Positions 35,775-47,559 of a stretch of DNA of 64,000 nt are shown here, piece after piece (the first letter of the stretch is position 1; each line of letters starts with the position of its first letter). A program made the translations under genes and the position numbers. The stretch spans positions 91,824,001 to 91,888,000 of the forward strand of contig CM059432.1 in the NCBI GenBank assembly GCA_030390025.1, written 5' to 3'. This DNA is from Squalus acanthias (taxonomy: Eukaryota). The notes under the pieces are model-generated. The model worked only from the letters and a program-made list of their open reading frames with translations. It had not been told where the DNA came from and made no database searches.

Positions 35775-36912
35775 TATTACACAAAATTAGGACTCATGGG
35801 ATTGGGGTAATATATTAGTATGGATTGAGGATTGGTTAATGGACAGAAAACAGTAGAGATAAACGGGACTTTTTCGGGTTGGCAGGCTGTAACTAGCGGG
35901 GCACCGCAAAGATCAGTGCTTGGGCCTCAGCTATTTACAATCTATATTAATGACTTAAATGAAGGGACTGAGTGTAACATATCCAAGTTTGCTGATGATA
36001 CAAAGTTAGGTGGGAAAGTTAAGCTGTGAGGAGGGCGCAAAGAGGCTGCAGAGAGATATAGACAGGTTGACTGAGTGGTCAAGAACATGGCAAATGGAAT
36101 ATAATGTGGGGAAGTGTGATATTATCCACTTTGGTAGGAAAAACAAAAAGCAGAATATTTTTTGAATGGTGAGAGACTGGGAAATGTTTGCATTCAGAGG
36201 GACCTGGGTGTCCTTGTACATGAATCACAGAAAGTTAACATGCAGGTACAGCAAGCAATTAGGAAAGCAAATGGTATGTTAGCTTTTGTTACAAAGGGAT
36301 TAGTGTATAAGAGTAAAGAAGTCTTACTACAATTATACAGGGCATTGGTGAGGCCACACCTGGAGTACTGTGTACAGTTCTGGTCTCCTTACTTAAGGAA
36401 AGACATACTTGCCTTAAAGGGAGTGCGACGAAGGTTCACTAGACTGGTTCCTGGGATGAGGGGATTGCCCTATGAGGAGAGATTGAGTAGACTAGGCCTA
36501 GATTCCCTAGAGTTCAGAAGAATGAGCGGTGATCTAATTGAAACATATAAAATTCTTACAGGGCTTGACAGGGTTAATGCTGAGAAAATGTTTCCCCTGG
36601 CTGGGGAATCTAGAACACAGGGTCACAGTGTCAGAATAAGGGATCGGCCAGTTAGGACTGAGATGAGAGACATTTTTTCACTCAAATGGTTGTGAATCTT
36701 TGGAATTCTCTACCCCAGAGAGATGTGGATGCTCAGTCGTTGAGTATATTCAAGACAGAGGTCGATAAATTTTTGGGAACTAAGGGATATGGGGATAGTG
36801 CGGGAAGGTGGAGCTGAGGGAGAAGATCAGCCATGATCTTGTTGAATGGCGGAGCAGGCTCAAGGGGCCAAATGGCCTACTCCTGCTCCTATTTCTTATG
36901 TTCTATATTCTA
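35775..36912 (+). mobile_element. 5'-truncated CR1 LINE
   Basis: [17 protein letters not shown] 36162-36695 LYRALVRPHLEYCVQFWSP; intact 3'UTR. Confidence 0.92.
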
Positions 36913-39304
36913 TTTTACATGGCATAATGTTGTAGGTTTTATTTGCAAATAACTTTGGATAATCACATCTGATCCAACGTATAATTCCATGTAAATAAAT
37001 ATAAAACTATAAAGTGGGACCAACAATATGAATCCAGAAAAAGGAAAACGGGGTTTTATGCTGGTTGTTTATTGGATGATAATAGCATCAGTAATAAAAA
37101 CAGACTTAAATCGGATGCAGTAATTGTATCAGTTAAATATGCAATTAAAACCAAGATTAGCAGATAATTTTTTTTAATTATAATTAATTTTTTAATTGCT
37201 TGACAGCCCTAAAACAACAGATGTCACTTTAAATCTGAATTGTTGATCATTTGACATTAACCTGATTGGCTGGCTGTTTGCCGGGGTCACTATTAGAGAT
37301 GGGATAAAGATGTGTGTTCTTATAATTTAGTCCTCAAATCAATAGGGTTCACAGCATTGACTGTCAGATGTCACAGATTTATTAAGTATACAGAAATTAA
37401 ACTTGCACTTAACAGCAGTACTTGTGGCAAAAACCGTCTTGAGTTTAGTCGGAGGACTCAAACTGGTTACAGTTCCGAGCTCGTTATACAGGCTGCAGAG
37501 CTTCGAATCCCAACTTTCTTTTCCAACACCCACCTTTTATTACCCCTTGTACATGACAGTTTACACGTTTCTGCATTATCTAATGCAACTCCATACAAGG
37601 TGAATTTTAATGAGCTACTTCCTTCGTCACTTATTAGTAACTTTAGTTTTAAAGTGTTATTTTTCCGTACAGCTCCTTTTTTATCTTCTCAATAGTTTCA
37701 GTCTTGCTACCATTCTGCCAAGTGAAACATCTAATTATAAATCTGTACCATTCCACACCAATCTTCTACTTTCTAAAAAGGATAATGTATTTGCAGATGT
37801 ATCTTACTGCAAAACTAACTTGTTATCAACTGATTAAAGTTCTCTGCAGTATGCACTGGAATGTTTTTTATTTAGGTTTATTGTCCAAACGGACTGTGTC
37901 TGTGAGTGAATCTGTAGCTCTTTAATCGTTATTGGCCCCTTTATCTTGTTTCATTAAGGCCTTTTTTAACTATTGGCTGCACCATCCCATTGTACACTTA
38001 CTGTGCATTGGAATTGCTGTCCTTGCAGTGGCAGTACATTTTGGATTTTTTAATTTTCTCTGGCCGTTTTAACATCAAAAACCTTTTCCTGAACACTATA
38101 CTTTTGTAAGTAAAAAATCTGGCTGTGTGCTTTGACCGTCTAATTCTGAAATGTCAGGGACTGCACTACCACTACTCTTTTGGAGGATAGCTGGGAGATT
38201 GACGACTTCCAAATGAATCATTCAGCACTATTTCTCTGTCTAAGGATTTACAAATTTCCCCAAATCTGCTGAAGAAACAGTTGCTTTCCCAATGTTGAAC
38301 TCTTCTAAATATGATGTAACAGTGCATTTCATGATCCAGAATTGATGATCCTGCAGTGCCTGTCTCTTATAAAGGCTCCTGTCACTTGGTTCCTTTCAAC
38401 TTTTCCTCATAACTTAATCCTCTGACACTAGGCCTTATGACCTTCTCTGTAGCACTTCCAGTACTTTTGCTTAGGTGATTAGACCTGAATGCTATAGTCA
38501 GTGTGGTCAGACCAGATCACTATACAGCTTCAGCCTGATTACCTCAGGCTTATACTCTAAATATTTAGTAATGTGGCTTTAGTTTTCCATTTGCTTAGTT
38601 ATTGATGTTCTGTAATGCCTGTACAACGTGATTGTTGAGTCTTGCATCACTTCTAAATCTTTCTCACTTTCATCACTTATATCTGAGCTGTTGAATCAAA
38701 TATGTAACATTCAGATATCAAAATATCTTCTTGCAAGCTGCAGGGATTTATCTTTGGCCCACTCTTCATCTTCATTGACTTTAGATATTGAATGATGATT
38801 TGTTTTTCTTCTTACTGATGCCTGCCGCGAAAGGTTGACTTTGTTGGCTGCCTATCTCTCTTCCATAAGCTGCTACTAGTTAAATAATATCTTGTTGATA
38901 GTAGCATATAAACAACAAGGGAAGACGGGAAAAGGTGGCTAAAAATCTGGTCGATAAATAGAAATTTTGACCATTTTTGTCACTGTCAACAGTATTCAGC
39001 AGCCGATATCTGTCCAATAATGCAATAATATAGGTCTTTTGAACAGGCTACACTGCACATTCATCTTTCTTCTAAATGTAGTGCCAGAAGCTAACAACAC
39101 TTTTAGTTTATATGAAGAGTTGGCCGACTACCCAAGTCCATTCTCTGCAGCATCGCAGAGATGCGACAAGACTCTCAGTTGTCTACAAAATACTGACTGT
39201 TAGTTATTTGCACTTAACTCCGAATTTTATTGTGCCATAAGTGCAAGAATGTAAGTTGGCTAGAACTCTACCGTATATGCAGAATGATGCTTTTAAACTA
39301 CTTG

Positions 39305-40252
39305 TTCTAAAATTTCTAAATTTGCAGATGACACCAAATTGGGCGGGATAGTCAATACTGAGGAGGACTGCAACAAGTTACAGGAGGATATTAATAAACT
39401 TGCAGAATGGGCATATAATTGGCAAATGAAGTTCAACACAGATAAATGTGAGGTATTACATTTTGGTAGAAAGAATAAGGAGGTCACTTATCACTTGGAG
39501 GGAGCGAGTCTAGGTGGGGTGGAGGAACAAAGGGATCTCTGAGTACAAATACACAAATCACTAAAAGTTGCGACACAGGTTAGCAAGGCCATAAAAAAAG
39601 CAAACCAAAGCACACGGGTTTATTTCTAGAGGGATAGAATTGAAAAGTAGGGAAGTTATGCTAAACCTGTATCGAACCTTGGTTAGACCACACTTGGAGT
39701 ACTGTGTACAGTTCTGGTCGCCATTTTATAAAAAGGATATAGAGGCACTGGAGAGCGTGCAATGAAGATTTACAAGGATGATACCAGAAATGCGAGGGTA
39801 TATATATCAGGAAAGGATGAACAGGCTGGGTCTCTTTTCTCTTGAAAAAAGAAGGCTGAGGGGTGACCTAATAGAGGTCTTTAAAATTATGAAAGGTTTT
39901 GATAGAGTGGACACAGAGAGAATGTTTCCACTTGTGGGGAAGAGCATAACTAGAGGCCATCAATATAAGATAGTCACCAAGAAATCCAATAGGGAATTCA
40001 GAAGAAACTTATTTGCCCAAAGAGTGGTGAGAATGTGGTACTCGCTACCACAGGGAGTGTTTGAAGCGAATAGTATGGATGCATTTAAGGGGAGGTTAGA
40101 CAAGCATTTGAGGGAAAAGGGAATAGAGGGTTATGCTGATAGATTTAGATGAGGAAACACGAGAGGAGGCTCGAGTGGAGCATAAACACCGGCATGGACT
40201 GGTTGGGCCGAATGGCCTGTTTCTGTGCCGTATATCCTATGTAATCCTATGT
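39305..40252 (+). mobile_element. 5'-truncated CR1 LINE
   Basis: [10 protein letters not shown] to the 3'UTR ending atcctatgtaatcctatgttct. Confidence 0.92.
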
Positions 40253-40555
40253 TCTGGTCTTGCCCCTTTTACACCGCAGCATAAACTTTTGAGCTCTTTT
40301 TGTGTTGCAGCCAGCCATCAGCCATTTTGTGAGGTATCTGTCCTTATTAGTGTCTTCTGAAGTCACAGTGTGATACAGATAGTTAAAAATTTTAAGTTGG
40401 AACCCCTTTTAAAATTAGTGCTGGATGGTTAAAGATGCTCTGAGAATCATTGATCAAAACATTTAATAGGAAATCATTTTGTCACATACATTTTTCAATG
40501 AACATAAATAAACCAATTGGCCACCTAGTGTAATGCTTTATAATACTGTTTTCAG

Positions 40556-40684
40556 ATATTTTAATGATATGGAATTATTGGGGCCACCACTGCGAACAGG
40601 ACGAAATTTACAAGGAAAGCATCAAGTTGATGGTAAAACAGATCATAGCATCAAAAGACCAAATGGGCTAATGCCTGTAAATAA
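40556..40684 (+). CDS. ZC2HC1A: Candidate additional frame-preserving exon of ZC2HC1A (phase 2 to 2), YFNDMELLGPPLRTGRNLQGKHQVDGKTDHSIKRPNGLMPVN
   Basis: Acceptor actgttttcag|A, donor TAA|gtgagt, 129 nt (43 codons), open in exactly the phase left by exon 25295-25418, in non-repeat DNA. I do not recognise the peptide from the canonical human protein. Confidence 0.55.
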
Positions 40685-41136
40685 GTGAGTATTTACTTAG
40701 TTTGTTAGACTGGTCACTACCTCTGCACCCTATTTAACCCTGAGTTTCCGACCCCATGTCCTGTCTGTCACAAAGACTGTGTACTTCCACCTCCATAACG
40801 TTGCCTGCCTCAACCCATCTGCTGCTGAAACTCTGATCTCCTGAATGACTATTCCAATGTTTTCCTGGTTGGGCACCTATCCTCGACACTGTGAGCTTCA
40901 GCTCATCCAAAATTACTGCATGTAACTCCCATTCAAGGATCGCTACTTTTCCTTGCTGATCCATACTGACTTCTGGTCCCCCAACGCTTCCTATTCCAAA
41001 TTCTCAAATGTTCAAATCCCTTTTGTGGCCTTGCCCCTCCCTATCTCTGTAGCTTCCTACAATTCTTCCCCCCACGCCCCCCCCCCCCCCCCAAAAAATA
41101 ACTCTTAGTTACTCCAATGCCAGCTTTCTGCACATC

Positions 41137-44100
41137 ATAGGAACTGGAGCTGTTCCGTTGGGGCGGGTTCCACTTAAACCAGTCTGGGACCAGTGTCCTG
41201 GCGAACCAAATAACTAGGGCAGTAGACAAGGCTTTAAACTAATGAAGGAAGGGTGGGAGGATTCAGGAAAGAGTAAATTTAAAAGCAACGAGAGAAATGT
41301 CAAGGCTCTAGAGCAGAGTAGCATTTTGGGTAAAAATAAGTAGAGTGGGTCAGGAAGGGACAGAGAGAGTAACAAAGGTAATAAGGCATCAGTGACTAAG
41401 GTGACATCAGGGAAAAATAGAAATAAGTTAAAGCTAAAGGCACTATATCTGAATGTGCGAAGCATTCGCAACAAAGTAGATGAATTAATAGCGCAGGTAG
41501 GAATTAACAGGTTTGATCTAATAGCCATAACGGAGACATGGTTGCAAAGTGGCCAAGGTTGGGAACTAAATATTCCAGGATACTTAACTTTTAGAAGAGA
41601 TAGGCAAAATGGAAAAGGAGGAGGGGTATCCCTGATAAAGGATGGGATAAAGACAGCAGAGAGAAAGGATCTTAGCTCCGAAAATCAAGAAGTAGAATCA
41701 GTTTGGGTGGAGCTAAGAAATAGCAAGGGGCAGAAAACATTGGTGGGAGTTGTTTATAGGCCCCCAAACAGTAGTTGTAATGTAGGGCAGAGTATAAATC
41801 AAGAGATTAGAGGCGCATGTAACAAGGGTAATACAGTGATCATGGGGGACTTTAATCTACATATAGACTGGGCAAACCAAATTTGCAGTAATAGTGTGGA
41901 GGACTAATTCATGGAATGTATGCAAGATAGTTTTCTAGATCAGTATGTTGAGGAACCAACTAGGGAACAAGCTATTTTAGATCTAGTATTGTGCAATGAG
42001 AAAGGGTTAATTAATAACCTTATGTAAAGGGGCCTTGAGGGAAGAGTGACCATAATATGATAGAATTTTATATTGAGTTTGAAAGTGACTTGGTTATATC
42101 CGAAACTAGGGTCTTAAATCTAAACAAAGCAAACTACGTAGGTATGAGGGGGCGAGTTGGCTACGGTAGATTGGGAAACTATATTAAAAGGTATGGCGGT
42201 AGATAAGCAATGGCTAGCATTTAAAGAATTAATACATAATTTACAACAAATAGACATTCCTTTAAGGCACAAAAACCCCACAAGATAATTGGTCCAACCA
42301 TAGCTAACAAGAGAAGTTAAAAATAGTATTAGATCAAAGGAAGAGGCTTAGAATGTTGCCAAAAAGAGTAGTAAGCCTGAGGATTGGGAGGATTTTAGAA
42401 TTCAGCAAAGGAGGACCAAGAAATTGATAAAGAAAGGGAAAATAGAATATGAGAGTAAACTAGCAAGAGACATAAAAACAGACTAAAAACTTTTAAAGGA
42501 AAAGATTAGCGAAAGTAAATGTGCGTCCCTTACAGGCTGAGACAGGAGGAAATTATAATGGGGAATAAGGAAATGGCAGAGATATTAAACAAATACTTTT
42601 TGTCTGTCTTCACGGAAGAAGACGCAAAAAACTTCCCGGATATGGTGGAGAACCAAGGCTCTAGCGAGAATGAGGAACTGAAAGAAATTAGTATTAGTAA
42701 AAAAAAAGTACTGGAGAAATTAATGTGACTGAAAGCCGCTGAATCCCCTGGACCTGATGGCCTACATCCTAGGGTTTTAAAAGAGTTGGCTATAGAGATA
42801 GTGGATGCATTGGTTGTCATTTTCCAAAATTCCATAGATTTTGGAATGGTTCCCGCAGATTGGAAGGTAGCAAATATAACCCCACTATTTCTCATTTTTG
42901 TCCACCCCAGTCCAACACCGGCATCTCTGCATCATGACCACTATTTAAGAAAGAAGGGAGAGAGAAAACGGGGAACTACAGACCAGTTAGCCTGACATCA
43001 GTAGTAGGGAAAATGCTAGAATCTATTATTAAGGACGTGGTAACAGGGCACTTAGAAAATAATAATAGGATTGGGCAAAGTCAACACGGATTTATGAAAG
43101 GGAGATCGTGTTTGACAAATCTATTAAGAGTTTTTTGAGGTTGTAACTAGCAGAATAGATAAGGGGAACCAGTGGATGTGGTGTATTTGGATTTTCAGAA
43201 GGCATTTGATCAGGTGCCACACGAGATTATTAAACAAAATTAGGGCTCATGGAATTGGGGTTAATATACTATCATGGATTGAGGATTGGTTAACGGACAG
43301 AAAACAGAGTGTAGGAATAAACGGGTCATTTTCGGGTTGGCAGGCTGTAACTAGTGGGGTACAGCAAGGGTCAGTGCTTGGGCCTCAGCTATTCACAATC
43401 TACATCAATGATTTGGATGAGGGGACCAAATGTAATATATCCAAGTTTGCTGATGATACAAAGCTGGATGGGAATGTAAGTTGTGAGGAGGATGCAAGGA
43501 GGCTTCAAGGGGATATAGATAGGCTAAGTGAGTGGGCAAGAACATGGCAAATGGAATATAATGTGGAGTAATCTGATATCCACTTTGGTAGGAAAAATAG
43601 AAAAGCAGAGTATTTTTTAAATGGTGCGAGATTGGGAAATGTTGGTGTTCAGAGGGACCTGGGTGTCTGAAATCATGAATCACTGAAAGTTAACATGCAG
43701 GTACAGCAAGCAATTAGGAAAGCAAATGGTATGTTGGCCTTTATTACAAGAGAATTTGAGTATAAGAGTAAAGACATCTTACTGCAATTATATAGGACCC
43801 TGGTGAGACCACACCTGGAGTATTGTGTACAGTTTTGGTCTCCTTACCTAGAGGGAGTGCAACGAAGGTTCACCAGACTGGTTCCTGGGATGGGGGATTG
43901 TTCTATGAGGATAGATTGAGTAGACTAGGCCTATATTCTCTAGAGTTTCGAAGAATGAGAGGTGATCTCATTGAACCATACAAAATTCTTACAGGGCTTG
44001 ATGGGGTAGATGCAGGGAGGATGTTTCCCCTGGCTGGGGAGTCTAGAACCAGGGGTCACAGTCTCAGAATAAGGGGTCAGCCATTTAGGACTCAGATGAG

Positions 44101-44340
44101 GAGAAATTTCTTCACAAGGATGGTGAATCTTTGGAATTCTCTACCCCAGAGGGCTGTGGAGGCTCAGTCGTTGAGTATATTCAAGACAGAGATCGATAGA
44201 TTTTTGAATATTAAGGGAATCAAGGGATATGGGGATAGTGCATGAAAGTGGAGATGAGGTAGAAGATCAGTCATGATCTTGAATGGCAGAGCAGGCTCGA
44301 AGGGTCAAATGGCCTTCTGCTCCTATTTCTTATGTTCTTA
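41137..44340 (+). mobile_element. Long CR1 LINE (ORF1 3' end, ORF2 EN+RT, 3'UTR), disrupted
   Basis: ORF 41392-41907 is an APE endonuclease (LYLNVRSIRNK...AITETWL...VYRPPN...GDFN); RT FADD at about 43445; 3' tail. Confidence 0.93.
42891..42937 (+). mobile_element. 47-bp Penelope-like tail inserted in CR1
   Basis: Matches about 7970-8015; flanked by 9-bp TSD CCACTATTT (42882-42890, 42938-42946). Confidence 0.8.
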
Positions 44341-44780
44341 GGAGTAGGCCATTCAATGAGATCATGGCTGATCTGTAGCCTAACTCCATATACCCGCCTT
44401 TGCCCATATATCTTTAAACCTTTTGGTTAACGGAAATCTATCAATCTCAGATTTAAAATTAACAATTGACCTAGCATCAACTGCCATTTGCAGAAGAGAG
44501 TTCCAAACTTCTACCACCCTTTGTGTGTGTGTGTGTGTGTGTGTGTAGAAATCTTTCCTAACTTCACTCCTGAAAGGCCTGGCTCCAATTTTTAGGCGAT
44601 GTCCCCTAGTCCTAGATTCCCCAACTAGCAGACATAGTTTCTCTCTATCTACCCTATCAGTTCTCCTTAATATCTTGAAAACTTCAATCAAATCACCCCT
44701 TAATCTTCTAAATTCCACAGAATACACCCCTAGTTTGTGCCCAGAACTGACCACAGTACTCCAGCTGTGGTCTAACCAGG
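44336..44780 (-). mobile_element. CR1 3' fragment, tail-to-tail with the previous copy
   Basis: ORF 44380-44925 contains RRLRGDLIEVFKIL...SRTRGHRLKI. Confidence 0.85.
44522..44546. repeat. (TG)12 microsatellite
   Basis: Directly visible; expanded inside the CR1 fragment. Confidence 0.95.
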
Positions 44781-46214
44781 GCTTTGCACCCCCACCATTG
44801 GCAACCATGCATTCAGCTGCATGCTCTGGAATTCCATTCCTCAACCCCCTCCTCCCTTTCCACCTTTTAAGATCCTCCTTAAAATCCACGTCTTTTGGTT
44901 CCCCTGCCTTTGGCTTGGCATCCATTTTTGTCTGATTTTCTGTGAAGAACTTTGGGATGTTTTTCTACGTAAAAAGTGCTATATAAATGCAAGTTGTTCT
45001 CTTATTTAACCTCAATCTGATGAAGCAGTGAGAAGGTCTGTGGTAATTATCCAAGTTACTGCTTCAGTTTTCCTTGGATAAAGATGAAGATCCCAAGTTT
45101 GAGGCCTTTATCCTGGACATGTGGAGTCCATTTCTCATTGAGAACATGTATAAATGCTCACAAGGGGTGTCTGAGCAAAAGTATTAAAAAACTACTAGTA
45201 AAATAGTCAGGAATTGGATGGGAAAGTGAAAATGTTTTAAAATAAATCACGAGAATATGGATGCACCTTAAGCACCCCACCTATTGGGTTATATCTGCCA
45301 CTATTTGTGCCACATTTCTTGCTTTATGCAAGTAACAAATTCAGTTCCAGCTGCTACAATGCAAAGAGTGAACCAGCCCAAAATGTTCATTGCTTAGCAG
45401 TTTGAAAGTGGCACAAGGCAATTTTGGCTAGACATTAAGGCAGTGTTAAACTGATGGCTACTTGGATTGCCAGAGTGAAGTCGAGCTATCGAATAAAATA
45501 GAAAAAAGGACAAGTTACAGGAAACTTGGTACGAAACAAAATAAGAAGTAAAGGATAAAATGCCCTTACAGATTTTCATTCTATCTAATGCCACTATTCT
45601 AACATGTTACTGTGTTTGGTTTAAATGCTAAATGTGTTTAAATTCTTCAGTGTTGCTATTAGAGAAATTTTGTCGGGGGTAAAGTATGTTGACGTGCTAA
45701 TGTACTGATAAGATTGATATGCTAATGTACTGATAGGACCGGCTGCAAGAGGAAGGCTTTTTCTGTCCATATATAGCTTGTAAATGTTTTATTATTCAGC
45801 TGATTTTTAAAGCCAGTGCCTGTTCTTCAAAAGCATTACGAATGTAAGACCAGCACATTGGTGCAGTCAGAGCATGGTTTGTCTTGGCATTACACAAGTG
45901 GGTAAATTGTGCTGTTAAGTTTGCGCTTTTGTAATTCATACAAGACTGTAATCTGTTCGCTGAGGAACCAAGATTGTTTAGTTAGTTTGGCAGTATAAGA
46001 AAAAATAAATGTGCATATCGGTTAGAAGTTTATTTTTAGGCTTTTTCCGGCAAGTTTACTTTTAGGTTGCAGCTGTATATTGGGAGCTAACACCACTTAC
46101 ACTGGTCCCATACAATATAAAGGCAGGAAATGGAATTGAGTATATAAGAAGTCAGCATACTTTGTGCATCAGAGTTCAGTTTATACTGACATAGCACATG
46201 GTAAACTGGGCTCT

Positions 46215-47090
46215 ATAAGATCTTAATGATCTTTGAGTTCTTGGACAAGACACCCAATAGGCAGCAGCCAGTATGTTTAAGCAATAGATCAAGATTTATT
46301 AAGCTTACAGCATAATTAATACTTAATATTAGGCGATAGTTTTAACGAGTAGCTCGCAGCCCTTGGTCTCTGGAACCTCTCGGACACAGATGACGTCGTC
46401 GTAAGTCTGTTCCTTTGTCCTCACAGTACTGTACTGTCTGTGTAAAGTTGTTCTTTGAGTATCGAGGTTTTAACCCTTTTCTTATCAAAAGTTGGTTTGG
46501 CCAGTGTCCATATATGGTCTTTAACAAAATCACCTTTTTTAATTGGTTCTAATAGTCAAAATACCATTGTCACTCAGACTAAGGTAGCATCCCGCCTTTC
46601 TAGTAATTTCCGTCAACCCTATTCTACTGTCTTGTATTCCTGTTTATAGTTTTTCACCCCATTGGAATTTACCATATCTCTTTCATTTCCTGCCTCCCTG
46701 GTACAAGGCCTTTATACCAAGGGCCCCTATCAGTGCTCTTTCACTAGTCTTGAGGTATCCAGACTATCTCACTTTAATCTACCAGATAAATACCTTAACT
46801 TCCATGATCTCTCTCATTTTATGTCCTTATACTAATTATCCTTTAAATATTGTTGCAATTAATTTTGGTAAGCGAATTCTAATTTCTACTTGGCATCATA
46901 TTTTTTAGCAATTTAACCTTCACTCGCAGCCTGTGGCTGTTTGTTATCAAAGCTTAGTCAAACTGCTTTTGACTGTCCTTGCAGCTGCATTCTGAACAAG
47001 TCTTAGCTTTTTAGTTACCCAGGAGTAATTATGGGTAATATTATTTGGTCAATGGCTACACTTAAATTTATATGTATATGATTCTCATCT
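46215..47090 (-). mobile_element. Possible solo LTR-like element
   Basis: Starts TATAAGATC (compare TGTAAGATC at 4921), with TTTATT about 80 bp inside and a TATA-like motif further in, the same layout as 4921-5692. Ends poorly defined. Confidence 0.3.
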
Positions 47091-47559
47091 ACTAAATACC
47101 TCTAAATATCAGCCTTTTGTACAGCTCCATAAACTTGCACTTGAGTAATTTGTACAAAGACTGTATTCTGTTTTTGTTGAGGAACAAGATTACTTAATTT
47201 CCTTCTGAGAAATACTTCATCTCAAATTATGAGAGAAGAATTTTGACTGGTTTATTGTAATTAACCCCTTGACTGTCTTCAAATTTCATATTATACTGGA
47301 CAAACTAATGTTATGTATATGTTGTTGACTACCATTAATTTCACTGACCGTGTTAAGGGTTAGGAATAGTAGTGTTGGTAATCAAGTGTTCTATTTTACA
47401 CCCAGGAACAGTAGAAAGCAATCCTTAAACCAGGTCCAGTGCAGAACTTCTCTGAACAATTTACCTCAACATGATATCTAAAAGCAGTTAACTGGTAGTG
47501 TGGATTTTTAAAAAAAGAATTACTTCCTATGGTAGCTCAATTAATAATTTTGCGTCATA

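Larger units (their letters stand above)
40730..44998 (+). mobile_element. L2 LINE relic split in two (about 40730-41136 and 44781-44998) by CR1 insertions
   Basis: Left part resembles L2 ORF2 (ctcatccaaaattactgc...cttgcccctccctatctctgta). Right part continues ccaccattggcaaccatgcattcagctgc...ctctggaattcc and ends with the L2 tail gtgctatataaatgcaagttgtt. Confidence 0.6.

Noticed and set aside
37312..37925. Cluster of overlapping 60-127 aa ORFs in unique DNA
   Set aside because: Non-ATG starts, no recognisable domains and no consistent splice structure; consistent with chance ORFs.
47406..47481. Possible terminal ZC2HC1A exon (cccag|G AAC AGT AGA...TAA)
   Set aside because: Open in phase 2 but encodes only 24 unrecognisable residues and lacks the expected C-terminal FCHECG...FCCECG zinc ribbon; no support.
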